From an uncultured Candidatus Saccharibacteria bacterium (lineage in GTDB: Bacteria; Patescibacteriota; Saccharimonadia; UBA4664; CAZJNH01): a stretch of 64,000 bases of DNA. Below, piece by piece: positions 1 to 9,446 of this stretch; within the stretch, counting starts at the first letter, position 1; each line of letters starts with the position of its first letter. Below the pieces are notes generated by a model. It worked only from the letters and a program-made list of their open reading frames with translations, ran no database searches and was not told where the DNA came from. The position numbers and the translations under genes were made by a program. The stretch lies in contig CAYZIN010000001.1 in the NCBI GenBank assembly GCA_964478595.1, forward strand, positions 4,294 to 68,293. The letters run 5' to 3'.

Positions 1-511
1 CTACGGTAGAAAAATTACCGGTATCACCATTTAATCCAATCGAGCTTGCCATTTGGCCCGTTGTCCGCCCCTGAATGACAATATTGGTACGATCACCCCC
101 GACGTAGTTGGGAATGGTCACGGGATCAACCTCAAAGATTGAACAATCATCGCAACCACCGCCAATGCCATCCAGATACTGGAGCCCGAATTGGAAGTTG
201 AAAATGTTGGGGCCTGTAAATGTAGCTTTCTCGTACGTTTTGCCCTGGTCGTCTTTGACCATTGGATCCTTAGTAAGCATCCAAGTCGGTGGATATTTGA
301 AGCTGATTCCTTCTGCAGTAGAGGTATAGGTCTTCCAGCCGGCGTAGGGGTCCTTCTTAGCGGTCTGAGCCGATGAGTTGGACTTCGGTTTGGCTGTGTG
401 TCGTGATTGGTAGTAGCGGTAGCCCACGATCGCCAGCACCGCGGCCACAACGGCAACTAAAATTAATTCCAGTACCATTGCTACACCGCGCTGATTTTTA
501 AGAAATTTCAT
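1..511 (-). CDS. type IV pilin-like protein (prepilin-type N-terminus), partial; C-terminus runs off window start
   Basis: Reverse-strand ATG at 511..509 gives MKFLKNQRGVAMVLELILVAVVAAVLAIVGYRYYQSRH..., a class III signal-like N-terminus (KNQRG / hydrophobic helix) nearly identical to three other pilin-like ORFs in the window. Not in ORF track because it has no in-window stop. Confidence 0.6.
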   Translation of the reverse strand, partial: MKFLKNQRGVAMVLELILVAVVAAVLAIVGYRYYQSRHTAKPKSNSSAQTAKKDPYAGWKTYTSTAEGISFKYPPTWMLTKDPMVKDDQGKTYEKATFTGPNIFNFQFGLQYLDGIGGGCDDCSIFEVDPVTIPNYVGGDRTNIVIQGRTTGQMASSIGLNGDTGNFSTV

Positions 512-555
512 TTTTTATTAAGTCAGGAACATTTAACTATACTGCTTATGCTTTG

Positions 556-1212
556 TCAACTAGAGGCGCTGAAACTTAAGGTTTTAACCATTTGAACGAA
601 GTCATTATACGCGTCAGTCGACCGGTCACCACTCGGTTCTTGATGGTAGCGGGCAACGTAGGTCCGACCATTCGTATAGAAAATGTAAACCACTGTAATC
701 GTGCCGGCTGGAGCGGCTGCCGGACCGGGGTTTATTAAAGAAGACCGCATTTTCTTACCGGTAATACCGTGGACCATTACGTCCTGGCTAGTGATGGCCC
801 CAAACCCTTGGGCCTGGCTTAGCTGTTGGTCGGCAGTGTGGTCTCCAGACATAGAAAAAACCTGAATTTGACCAGTCTGGCCAGAATTGCAAACCGCCAA
901 GCCGGCTGCTGTTGGGGCAAGAAAAACTGTTTCGGGATTATCGGTGCATTTTTTGATTTTCCAGTTGGGATTGAAGCGAAGCGAGAACTGGCCAGCGGTG
1001 CTGCTATAGGGCGTCCAGCTGCGAGTCGGGTCGGCTGGAACAGTGGCAGTCTGAATTTCGGCCGGGGTAGTTGGAGTCGGCGCAAAAGCTAGCGGAAAGG
1101 TTTTGGCGTACCAATAAATCCCGCCACCGCCAATCAGTAGCCCAGCCAGCAGAGCCAGGGTTAATTTAAACAAGGGCGTTGGAAAATCTTTTGGCGGACG
1201 AAGTATTGCCAT
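556..1212 (-). CDS. membrane-anchored secreted hypothetical protein
   Basis: 218 aa; N-terminal TM anchor (LTLALLAGLLIGGGGIYWYA) followed by a Pro/Thr-rich linker; no recognisable catalytic motif. Confidence 0.45.
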   Translation of the reverse strand: MAILRPPKDFPTPLFKLTLALLAGLLIGGGGIYWYAKTFPLAFAPTPTTPAEIQTATVPADPTRSWTPYSSTAGQFSLRFNPNWKIKKCTDNPETVFLAPTAAGLAVCNSGQTGQIQVFSMSGDHTADQQLSQAQGFGAITSQDVMVHGITGKKMRSSLINPGPAAAPAGTITVVYIFYTNGRTYVARYHQEPSGDRSTDAYNDFVQMVKTLSFSASS

Positions 1213-1246
1213 ACTACTTATGATTATAAACCAGTTGACCTGACGA

Positions 1247-2467
1247 TCAAACCTTAATTACCTCGTTGTCTAAGTGCTCCAAAATTTGCTTTTGCAATTT
1301 AGGTTCGCCGAAGTAACGGGCGAAAATTTCATTCCACAACGACTCACGACAATGATAAATATATCGGTCAGCAAACTTTAGTTGATTGGCAAAACTCAAC
1401 GCTAGGTCCATTAAGTTAAAACTGACGAGCTGGCCGGATTTAACTTCGGCCACAAAGTCGAGCCCGCGCCAGAAATCTAGCTCAGGATCTATGTGGTAAA
1501 GTACGTCCTCAGCTTTACGCCAATGCAAATCCTCCGGCTGGAGATGCGGTTTAAAAATTTCCGGGTGTTTCTCGTGCGGCAATTTACCGAAGTAGCGCTG
1601 AATCACAGCAAATTCGATGTCAGCATGAGTATCGACTTTAAATTTGGGTGGTTTGGCCACCAGGGTATCGCCGATGATCTGACCGAAGTTAGACCGGTGC
1701 CTAACCAGCTTGAAAAAACTGGAGTACAGTCGAATTTCGTTGAAGTAGTGGGTGATGAGTGGCAAAATTTTTATCGTCACACCTGGAGTATGGACGTTGC
1801 CTACCGGCAGTACACAAACCGCACCCATTTCCTTGGAATGGGTAATGTTGTGTAGTTTTTTGGCAACATACGGAGCCGCGACTTTCTCCCATTGGTCGGA
1901 TTCAAAAATAACAATTTGGATGTCGCGAGCCTCAAAATCAGCGGGTTTAAGTTTTTTTGAATAGGCGTCGTTAAAACGATTTAACCAGCCCGGTGTTTCA
2001 CAAAACCTCAGCGCGCAAAACAGCTTGGCAATTTCTTGATCTTTAATTAACTTGGCTACCGATTGATATCCCAGTAGTTTCATTATCCCCTTTGGCGGCA
2101 TGTCGACCAGCAGCTGCTTGGCTCGGGCGGGCTTTAAAAACCAACCGGATTTTGGCATTGGTTCAGCCTCAACCGCCGCCACGATTTTCGGTGTCAGCGC
2201 CGCCAGATCGGTCGGGTCGCTACCTCCGATTATTCGGCATAGCCGCTCGTCATCTTGTTTGACTCGAGCGACCAAAGCGGCATATACCGACTCGTGAGAA
2301 CTATCTTGATTGAGACCTAAGACTAAAAGCGATCGGTGAGTGCTTTGGCGAATATCGGCAGCCAGTTTAGCATCAATGCCCTGATTGCCGGTTTTAGCCT
2401 CAAGTTGCTTTAAGGTGTGCTCGAATAACGGTTCCTTGGCGGCCAAAATCTCGCCAAGCAAACTCAC
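1247..2467 (-). CDS. conserved hypothetical protein (406 aa), co-operonic with PfkB kinase and class I aldolase
   Basis: Long ORF, 4-nt overlap with the downstream kinase gene (ATGA-type coupling); no motif I can name. Confidence 0.5.
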   Translation of the reverse strand: MSLLGEILAAKEPLFEHTLKQLEAKTGNQGIDAKLAADIRQSTHRSLLVLGLNQDSSHESVYAALVARVKQDDERLCRIIGGSDPTDLAALTPKIVAAVEAEPMPKSGWFLKPARAKQLLVDMPPKGIMKLLGYQSVAKLIKDQEIAKLFCALRFCETPGWLNRFNDAYSKKLKPADFEARDIQIVIFESDQWEKVAAPYVAKKLHNITHSKEMGAVCVLPVGNVHTPGVTIKILPLITHYFNEIRLYSSFFKLVRHRSNFGQIIGDTLVAKPPKFKVDTHADIEFAVIQRYFGKLPHEKHPEIFKPHLQPEDLHWRKAEDVLYHIDPELDFWRGLDFVAEVKSGQLVSFNLMDLALSFANQLKFADRYIYHCRESLWNEIFARYFGEPKLQKQILEHLDNEVIKV

Positions 2468-3432
2468 AGCGAGCTGACATTGACTTTAATTCTTTTGAGC
2501 CTGGGGTGGTGCAAAATGCCAGCCTTGGCCCCGATCCGAGTCACGACTGAAGTGGCGTTGGCGCTGCCAAAGGTCAAAGCTTCTTCGATCGAGTGCCCCT
2601 GAGCAATTTTAGATGTAAAGCCCGACGCAAAAGCATCTCCGGCCCCCGTCCGGTCAACTACGCGCACTTTTTGATACTGCCCAGCCTCGTAAAAGTGCTG
2701 GTTGTCGCTAACGAAACTACCACCGGGACCATCGGTTAAAACCAAATAGGGGCAGACGCCGTGAGCTTGCGTGAAAATTTCGCGAACCGTTTTGCCGCCA
2801 AACAAACTGGAAAGCTCTTGCTTGTTACCAAACAAAATCGTCACTAGCGGCAACAGACGCTTGAGTTTGCGCGTTTGAACCAGTTCATCGTGACCAGGGT
2901 TGAGCCCCACTTGGATATTATGCTGATTAGCGTGGGTCAGTAATCGGCCGAGCAGATTTAAGTTACCGCCAAGGGAGGAAACATAAAACCACTCGGACCT
3001 TAAGCTGCGAATGGCTAAATCTTTGTGGTCAATTTGAGAAGAGGCTCCTCGATAAGCTAAAACAGTTCGCTCTCCATTGGGAGCCAAAAGCAGCACCGAA
3101 TAGGCCGAAGAATTTTTAACATCAACTGCGATATGAGTAGCTGATATTCCCTCTTTTCGCAAAACTCGCAAAATGTCTGCCCCGGCTGGGTCGCGACCAA
3201 TTTTGCCGGCAAACCCAGTCTTAAAACCCTGGCGAACAAAAGTAACTGCAGCGTTCATGGCCCCGCCACCAGTATCGAAATGTACATCGTCCAATTCTAA
3301 TTTCGCACCCAGCGGAAACTGTTCGACGTAATCTTTGCTGCGAACATCGCGCTTGGCGGCTAAAACTTTACCCGATAAAAAAACATCTTGGCTGGCCGCG
3401 CCAATGCAAATCACACTGGGCTGATTGTCCAT
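2464..3432 (-). CDS. PfkB-family carbohydrate/sugar-phosphate kinase (ribokinase-like)
   Basis: 322 aa; C-terminal PfkB signature DRTGAGDAFASGF; ribokinase-fold layout. Confidence 0.8.
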   Translation of the reverse strand: MDNQPSVICIGAASQDVFLSGKVLAAKRDVRSKDYVEQFPLGAKLELDDVHFDTGGGAMNAAVTFVRQGFKTGFAGKIGRDPAGADILRVLRKEGISATHIAVDVKNSSAYSVLLLAPNGERTVLAYRGASSQIDHKDLAIRSLRSEWFYVSSLGGNLNLLGRLLTHANQHNIQVGLNPGHDELVQTRKLKRLLPLVTILFGNKQELSSLFGGKTVREIFTQAHGVCPYLVLTDGPGGSFVSDNQHFYEAGQYQKVRVVDRTGAGDAFASGFTSKIAQGHSIEEALTFGSANATSVVTRIGAKAGILHHPRLKRIKVNVSSL

Positions 3433-3455
3433 GCCCTAATCATACCAGTTATGCT

Positions 3456-4268
3456 TTATTCAAGCATCATATGGGAAATAAGCTTAAACCGTTTTGGCAG
3501 TTCATCCCTCAGAAATTCTTCTTGAGCTTCGCCCGTTAATTTGGCGGCTTCTTGCCAAACTGCGCGACCAGCCAAAAAACCATCTACGCCCGAAGCTGCA
3601 GCATCTCGCAGCTGATCGGCAAACTGATCAAAGCTTACGCCGGCGGTCAGTAAGATCCAGGGCGTATCTCCAACCGTTTCAGTGATTACCTTGCAGGATT
3701 CCAGGTTGCCGGGATACTCCAGTTTCCAAACATCTGGCTTGACGCCGGCTTTTTGAAATGCCTGAACTGATCTTTCAACCAAACTTGGTGCCACAGCGTT
3801 CTCCGGGTAGACACGAATTTCTAGAAACAATGGCAAGCCCACCGATCGACAATCCTCTACTACCTTCAGTGCGGTCTCTAGCTGTTGGTTTGCACTCGGC
3901 ACATCCGGATTGAAGTAAAGCAAAATTTTGGCACCGTGCGCGCCTAGTTGTTTGATTTCGGTGGCTTTGCGTTCAATTTTGGTAATACGATCGCCGCCAT
4001 CTTCGACATAACCGCTGGCTTCAAGCGGTAACAAAAACGGCACGGAGCGATTCTCATAGGCTGGCAGTCCGGTTTCGATATCAACCAAAATGCCGCTAAA
4101 CAAACCGTCTAGGCTGCTAATAATTTTTTTCTTCAGCAAGGTTGCCTGTTCGGCCGTCACGCTGTCGGGATTGTTCGGGTTAATAAACTTCTTAAAACTG
4201 CCACGGTGATCAAACGCTAACATTAAAAACTTGTCGTCTTTGGTAAATTGTTTGAGATCTTCAGTCAT
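3456..4268 (-). CDS. class I aldolase of the LacD / tagatose-bisphosphate / YihT-like (DUF2090) family
   Basis: 270 aa; N-terminal FLMLAFDHRGSF motif characteristic of the LacD-type aldolase family; sits between transketolase and the PfkB kinase. Confidence 0.6.
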   Translation of the reverse strand: MTEDLKQFTKDDKFLMLAFDHRGSFKKFINPNNPDSVTAEQATLLKKKIISSLDGLFSGILVDIETGLPAYENRSVPFLLPLEASGYVEDGGDRITKIERKATEIKQLGAHGAKILLYFNPDVPSANQQLETALKVVEDCRSVGLPLFLEIRVYPENAVAPSLVERSVQAFQKAGVKPDVWKLEYPGNLESCKVITETVGDTPWILLTAGVSFDQFADQLRDAAASGVDGFLAGRAVWQEAAKLTGEAQEEFLRDELPKRFKLISHMMLE

Positions 4269-5245
4269 GGCTTCCTTTTGATTAATTCTTTGGCCGCGGC
4301 AGCTATGTCTTGGCCAGTTAAATGAAAATGTTTGAGCAGTTCATTGGGTCCGCCGCTTTCGCCGAACCGATCTTTCATACCGATCCGCTCGAGCGGGACC
4401 GGATGATTCTCGCCGAGCAATTCAGCAATTGCACCACCTAGTCCTCCGGCCACTTGCCCTTCTTCGGCGGTCAAAACGGCGCCGGTTTTTTTGGCACTCT
4501 TTAAAATCGTGACGGTGTCGAGCGGTTTGATGACCGGGCAGTTGATAACTTCCGCTTCGACTCCTTGGTGACCAAGCTCCTCGGCTGCGACCATAGCATG
4601 ATAAACCATGGTGCCACAAGCCACGATAGTAACGTCACTGCCTTCAGAGAAAACTTGGGCCTTAGCCAGGCTAAAGGGCGTGTCGAGGGTGGTCACAATC
4701 GGGGTTTTTTCACGGCCAAGTCGAATGTAGGCTGGGCCGGTGTTGGAGGCAATAGCGCGGGTAGCTTTAGCCGCCTCGAGGCTGTCGCACGGTGCTATCA
4801 CCATCATGTTGGGCAACGCCCGCATTAAGGCAATGTCTTCAAGCATTTGATGTGTGGCACCGTCCGGGCCGACCGATACTCCAGCGTGCGAACCGGCAAT
4901 TTTAACGTTGGCGTCGTTTAAACAAATAGTAGTGCGGATTTGTTCCCAATTACGGCCGGGAGAAAATGCGGCGTAGGAAGAGACGAACGGAATTTTGCCG
5001 ACCAGCGACATTCCAGCCGCAGTCGTTACTAGATTTTGTTCAGCCACTCCAACTTCCACAAAACGCTCGGGAAAGGCTTTGGCAAAATCTTCCATGCGGG
5101 TCGACTCCGTTAAATCGGCACAGAGCGCTACAATTCGCGGGTCAAGTTGGCCGGCTTCAAGCAGTCCCTTGCCGAAACCAGCGCGAATCGGTTCTTGGTC
5201 GACGTCCTTACCAAACAGGTGAGGGTTTAGTTTCAACTCACTCAT
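4265..5245 (-). CDS. tktB: transketolase, C-terminal (pyrimidine-binding/C-terminal domain) subunit
   Basis: Good homology-style match to transketolase central and C-terminal domains (GVAEQNLVTTAAGMSL..., SHAGVSVGPDGATHQ). Start moved to ATG at 5245 (MSELKLNPHLFG...), overlapping the upstream subunit's stop by 8 nt. The track ORF start at 5383 is an upstream extension. Confidence 0.85.
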   Translation of the reverse strand: MSELKLNPHLFGKDVDQEPIRAGFGKGLLEAGQLDPRIVALCADLTESTRMEDFAKAFPERFVEVGVAEQNLVTTAAGMSLVGKIPFVSSYAAFSPGRNWEQIRTTICLNDANVKIAGSHAGVSVGPDGATHQMLEDIALMRALPNMMVIAPCDSLEAAKATRAIASNTGPAYIRLGREKTPIVTTLDTPFSLAKAQVFSEGSDVTIVACGTMVYHAMVAAEELGHQGVEAEVINCPVIKPLDTVTILKSAKKTGAVLTAEEGQVAGGLGGAIAELLGENHPVPLERIGMKDRFGESGGPNELLKHFHLTGQDIAAAAKELIKRKP

Positions 5246-6083
5246 GCTCACCTCGAATTTGCCCGCCGAGCGTTCGCAGTTCGTGGAGAGCTTTTTTAGC
5301 CTCTTCGGGGTTGGGCGGTTTGCCGTGCCAGAGATAGTCGTACTCCATAAAATCAACCCCTTTGCCAGGAATCGTTCGGGCAATAATGACGCTTGGCTGA
5401 GATGTTATGGCTTTAGCCAAATCAAATGCGGCGACAATTTCGTCGAAGTTGTGGCCATCGATTTCCTGAACATGCCAGTTAAAAGCCTTATATTTTTCAG
5501 CCATATCATCAAGCGGCATTACCATTTCAGTGGGGCCGTCGATTTGAATGTTATTTCGATCAACTAAAACCGTTAAATTCCACAAATTGTATTTGGCGGC
5601 TAGCATTATCGCCTCCCAGGTGTTGCCTTCGTCGTGTTCGCCATCACTGGTCAAGCAAATCACGCGCCGATGCAGTTGATTGTCCATTTTTAGCCCTAGC
5701 GCCATGCCGGCGGCTTGGCTAATTCCCGAACCCAGGGGCCCACTGGTGGTTTCAAGACCCGGCAACTTGGTTCGTTCAGGGTGGCCCTGTAGGCGCGAAC
5801 CTAACTTGCGCAAAGTTTGTAGTTCTTTGAGTGGAAAATACCCGGCGTGGGCCATCGTGGCGTAGCGGACCGGGCAAATGTGGCCGTTGGATAAAACCAG
5901 GATGTCACGCTCGTCCCAATCTGGTTTTTGGGGATCGTGCTTGAGAATTTTAAAATATAACGCTGCAAAAATGTCGGCCATTCCTAGCGGCCCCGCCGAG
6001 TGGCCGCTACCGGCTTCGACCAACATTTTGATAATACTTTGACGAATGTCATTGGCTTTTTTGGCCAGTTGCTCGTTTGTCAT
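5238..6083 (-). CDS. tktA: transketolase, N-terminal (TPP-binding) subunit
   Basis: 281 aa; GHSAGPLGMADIFAALY and GDGE...NTWEA motifs of the transketolase TPP-binding domain. The split two-gene arrangement is known in archaea and some bacteria. Confidence 0.85.
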   Translation of the reverse strand: MTNEQLAKKANDIRQSIIKMLVEAGSGHSAGPLGMADIFAALYFKILKHDPQKPDWDERDILVLSNGHICPVRYATMAHAGYFPLKELQTLRKLGSRLQGHPERTKLPGLETTSGPLGSGISQAAGMALGLKMDNQLHRRVICLTSDGEHDEGNTWEAIMLAAKYNLWNLTVLVDRNNIQIDGPTEMVMPLDDMAEKYKAFNWHVQEIDGHNFDEIVAAFDLAKAITSQPSVIIARTIPGKGVDFMEYDYLWHGKPPNPEEAKKALHELRTLGGQIRGEHE

Positions 6084-6745
6084 TCGACCGCCTCCATCAT
6101 TTGGCGGTATGGAATCTTTGGATCGCTGGCTTTAACGATAAACCCGCCGCTAACCAAAACGTCTGCCCCGGCTGCGGTAACTTTGCGGGCATTATCGGGA
6201 TTGACCCCCCCATCAACACTAACCTCAACATCGGGGTTGATTTCCTTAACTTCAGCGATTTTCGGCAAGCAATCCTCTCGCAGATCACCACCGTAATAAC
6301 CAAGATGCCCGGTAAAAATCAGTACGTGATCAACCGCCTTGATGAGCCCTCTCGCCTGCTCGACCCGAGTTTCCGGCAACAGGGCCAGCCCGGTTTTTAT
6401 GCCAACACTTTTAAGCTCGGCGAAAAAATGTCCGACGTTACCTTTGGTTTCAAAATGCGCGATCGCCAAACTAGGTGAAAGACTGGTGACAATTTCGATC
6501 TGTCTCTCCGGGTGGTCGAGCATTAAATGCAAATCACACTCAACGTTATCGGGCAAGGAAACTTGGGCCAGTCCGAGCGTACGACGCGGTGAAAACGGAG
6601 GGGTGGCAATGTCGATATGAAGCCGCCTAACAAACTTGAGTTTTTTGAGGTCGTAGCCGAACTCAACCGGATTTTCAGCCAATACCGCTGGTACAATCTG
6701 GACCAATTTAGGCTCCGTGGTCAATTTCAGCGATGCGCCGTTCAT
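6080..6745 (-). CDS. rpe: ribulose-phosphate 3-epimerase
   Basis: 221 aa; HIDI...P and DLHLMLDHPERQIEIV resemble the Rpe HxD and HLMV segments; in pentose-phosphate gene context (tkt, rpiB). Confidence 0.65.
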   Translation of the reverse strand: MNGASLKLTTEPKLVQIVPAVLAENPVEFGYDLKKLKFVRRLHIDIATPPFSPRRTLGLAQVSLPDNVECDLHLMLDHPERQIEIVTSLSPSLAIAHFETKGNVGHFFAELKSVGIKTGLALLPETRVEQARGLIKAVDHVLIFTGHLGYYGGDLREDCLPKIAEVKEINPDVEVSVDGGVNPDNARKVTAAGADVLVSGGFIVKASDPKIPYRQMMEAVE

Positions 6746-7106
6746 GCCGCTCTTCCTTAGAAAATGGCGTCTCTAGCCAAGTCTGAAGTACCCTGATTGC
6801 CTTTTCGGAGTCGATGAACCTTGCCGGTAAACACAAAATATTGCTGTCGTCGTCGTTGCGCGAAGCTTTGGCCACCTCCTCGTCCCAAGCCAGAGCTGCG
6901 CGAATACCGCGCACTCGGTTGGCCGCGATGCAAACCCCTTCACCACTGCCGCAAGCGATTACGCCCTTCTCACCCGTTCCGGCTACTTTATTTGCCAAGG
7001 CGAAAGCGAACTTCGGATAGTCGTCACTGGGATCAAGATCTTCGGCGCCGAGATCCTCGTATTGATAGCCGTTGGTGTGCAGCCAAGCCTCCAGCCCCTG
7101 CTTCAA
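6708..7106 (-). CDS. rpiB: ribose-5-phosphate isomerase B (RpiB/LacAB family)
   Basis: 132 aa; GVIACGSGEGVCIAANRVRGIRAAL... typical of RpiB. Confidence 0.8.
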   Translation of the reverse strand: MKQGLEAWLHTNGYQYEDLGAEDLDPSDDYPKFAFALANKVAGTGEKGVIACGSGEGVCIAANRVRGIRAALAWDEEVAKASRNDDDSNILCLPARFIDSEKAIRVLQTWLETPFSKEERHERRIAEIDHGA

Positions 7107-7140
7107 CTCGAAACCGGCGTGATCAGCCGCTATATAAATC

Positions 7141-8187
7141 TTAATGCGTCACCCCCCGAATAACTGGCCCGTTAGCTGCCGGGCCGTCCTGTTTGGCCAC
7201 CAAAACGGCTTCTTCAACCAAGCGATTAGAGTAGCCCCATTCATTGTCGTACCAAGCCACCACTTTGGCTAAATTGCCGCCAACAACGTTGGTTAGGTTT
7301 AGATCAACTATCGCCGAGTGGGTGTCACCGATAAAGTCGCTTGAAACCAGCTCCTCCTCGGTGCAGGCCAAAAGGTGACTATACAAAGGATTCTGGCAAG
7401 CCTCTTTTATGACTTGGTTAATTTCTTCAACGGTTGTGTCTTTTGTTAGCACAAAGGTAAAATCCGACAGCGATACCACCGGAGTCGGGACCCGAATCGA
7501 CAAACCCTGAAAAATTCCTGCCAAGGCCGGTAAGGCTTTGGCAGCCGCGATGGTCGCGCCAGTGGTGGTTGGCACGATATTCTCCGCAGCGTTACGGCCT
7601 TCGCGCAAATCCTTAGCCGGGGCGTCTTGTAGCGCTTGGCTAGCGGTGTATGAGTGAACGGTCGTCATCATGGCTTTTTCGATCCCGAATTTGGCATGAA
7701 TAATCGCCGCCACTGGTGTAATGCAGTTAGTAGTACATGATGCATTCGAAATAATCGTGTCCGAGGCTTTAATCTCTTTGTCGTTAACCCCAAGAACGTA
7801 GGTCGGCACCCCGTCGCCTTTGGCCGGAGCCGAGATAATGACGTGTTTGGCGCCGGCATCGAGGTGCTTTTTAGCGTCTTCGGGTTTGGTAAACCGGCCG
7901 GTGCACTCCAAAACTATATCAACACCCATTTCCGTCCACGGCAAAGCGGATGGGTCTTTTTCGGCGGTCACCTTAATCGATTTTCCGCCAACGATAATCG
8001 AAGACTCATCGAAACCGACCTCTTGATGGTAAGCGCCGTAGTTTGAGTCGTGTTTGAGCAAATAGGCCAAAGTTTTGGTGTCGGTCAGGTCATTGATTGC
8101 AACGATCTCAAGTTCAGGATTGCCGAAAGCGATCTTAAAAGCGTTCCGTCCGATCCGACCAAAGCCATTGATTGCAACTTTAAACAT
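7141..8187 (-). CDS. gap: glyceraldehyde-3-phosphate dehydrogenase, type I
   Basis: 348 aa; N-terminal INGFGRIGRNAF NAD-binding motif and catalytic SNASCTTNC segment. Confidence 0.9.
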   Translation of the reverse strand: MFKVAINGFGRIGRNAFKIAFGNPELEIVAINDLTDTKTLAYLLKHDSNYGAYHQEVGFDESSIIVGGKSIKVTAEKDPSALPWTEMGVDIVLECTGRFTKPEDAKKHLDAGAKHVIISAPAKGDGVPTYVLGVNDKEIKASDTIISNASCTTNCITPVAAIIHAKFGIEKAMMTTVHSYTASQALQDAPAKDLREGRNAAENIVPTTTGATIAAAKALPALAGIFQGLSIRVPTPVVSLSDFTFVLTKDTTVEEINQVIKEACQNPLYSHLLACTEEELVSSDFIGDTHSAIVDLNLTNVVGGNLAKVVAWYDNEWGYSNRLVEEAVLVAKQDGPAANGPVIRGVTH

Positions 8188-8237
8188 GCGCCCTCCTGCC
8201 TCTATTCTATGAGCTTAAGCGGTTTGGGTAAAGCCAG

Positions 8238-8780
8238 CTAGTAAGTCCGTACAGTTTTGAGAACATTCAAGACGTCATGGATATCTTTGACAGACTCTGC
8301 TTCGACTTGCGTCTTGTCGCTGCAGGGTGATTGAGGGCTGTGATAATAAAAGAAGTAACCGCCAGCACGGCCGACGAATGTGCCGTCCTCGTTATCAGCC
8401 GCGCCTTCGTTGCTTGATTGGTGAGTTAAAACATTTAATAGGCCGAGAGTTTGGGCACCCTGACTCGCATCGCACATCGCATCCCGGCTGGCTAAAGATT
8501 GGGTAGAAAAACCTAGGGTGATTCCGTTTGCATCTTTGGCGTAATGATAGACCAGATCAGGCAACGTTGAATCTAAAACGAATTCCACACCCAATTCCGA
8601 AACCTTAAGGGTTTTTAGGGCTGAACTTGGTCTATTAGCTGTCTGATTAACAGCGGCCGGTTTATTGTGGTGAGCTAGGTAGTAGCGGTAGCCAACTATT
8701 GTAATCAGACTGGTTACGATCGCAACTAACAAAAGCTCAACGACGAGCGCGACGCCACGTTGATCTTTCAGCATTCTCAT
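8238..8780 (-). CDS. type IV pilin-like protein
   Basis: 180 aa; N-terminus MRMLKDQRGVALVVELLLVAIVTSLITIVGYRYY: prepilin-type cleavage region plus hydrophobic helix; paralog of 1..511, 32839..33567 and 55978..56481. Confidence 0.65.
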   Translation of the reverse strand: MRMLKDQRGVALVVELLLVAIVTSLITIVGYRYYLAHHNKPAAVNQTANRPSSALKTLKVSELGVEFVLDSTLPDLVYHYAKDANGITLGFSTQSLASRDAMCDASQGAQTLGLLNVLTHQSSNEGAADNEDGTFVGRAGGYFFYYHSPQSPCSDKTQVEAESVKDIHDVLNVLKTVRTY

Positions 8781-8813
8781 AACGCTTATGCTACACGCTT
8801 AAGTGAGGTTTTT

Positions 8814-9446
8814 CTAGAGACCCTTGGGGAAGGAGAAGCTCGAAGGGATGGTGCTGGGTTGCTGATCGGCGGTGCCGTAAACTATGGCAATTTCTTCGTG
8901 AGCGGTGAGCTTAATGTCGCGCGGGTCATCACTAAACTGCTTACCGTTCACATAAACCTTCAGCGTATGGGAATCATCCACTTTATAGCTTCCGATATGG
9001 TCCTTACTGACATCAACTCCCCAGATGGCGAAGAATTGGCCGAGGTAAAAATCCTGAACGGTTGGCGACTCCACGTGCAAAATTCCTGAGGTGTCGTGGA
9101 CGTGAATTGGTGAAATAAAGTCGGCGGCAATACCGGTTTCGGGTGGGATAGCCACGGTTTTGCCCTCAACATAAATGTCCAGATGCTGGTGGATGTGCAA
9201 AGCGGTACCTTCCGCCCCTAAAGCCGGCAACCCGACAGCGCCCAGCCGAGCTTTGAGGTTGGTCGAATCATTGTTTACCTTCCAGGGCGCTGGTCCGGTC
9301 TGCAAGCCCGGCAGGTTATCAGCCCAATGTCTTACCACGGAAGACTGAGTCGTGGTTGTTGATTTGCCCTTGTTACCGGCAACGAATATCCCAACTAGGC
9401 CGACCACAACGACCGCTATAACTAAAGGGAAAATCCAGCGGTTCAT
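8814..9446 (-). CDS. membrane-anchored hypothetical protein with His-rich (HIHQH, HVHD) putative metal-binding motifs
   Basis: 210 aa; N-terminal TM anchor; 4-nt overlap with the H+-PPase gene. Confidence 0.45.
   Translation of the reverse strand: MNRWIFPLVIAVVVVGLVGIFVAGNKGKSTTTTQSSVVRHWADNLPGLQTGPAPWKVNNDSTNLKARLGAVGLPALGAEGTALHIHQHLDIYVEGKTVAIPPETGIAADFISPIHVHDTSGILHVESPTVQDFYLGQFFAIWGVDVSKDHIGSYKVDDSHTLKVYVNGKQFSDDPRDIKLTAHEEIAIVYGTADQQPSTIPSSFSFPKGL

Noticed and set aside
5238-5383. Track ORF start for transketolase C-subunit at 5383 (N-terminal extension MPERFLAKG...)
   Set aside because: The extension would overlap the upstream subunit gene by 146 nt. The conserved protein begins at MSELKLNPHLFG (ATG 5245), so I used that start.
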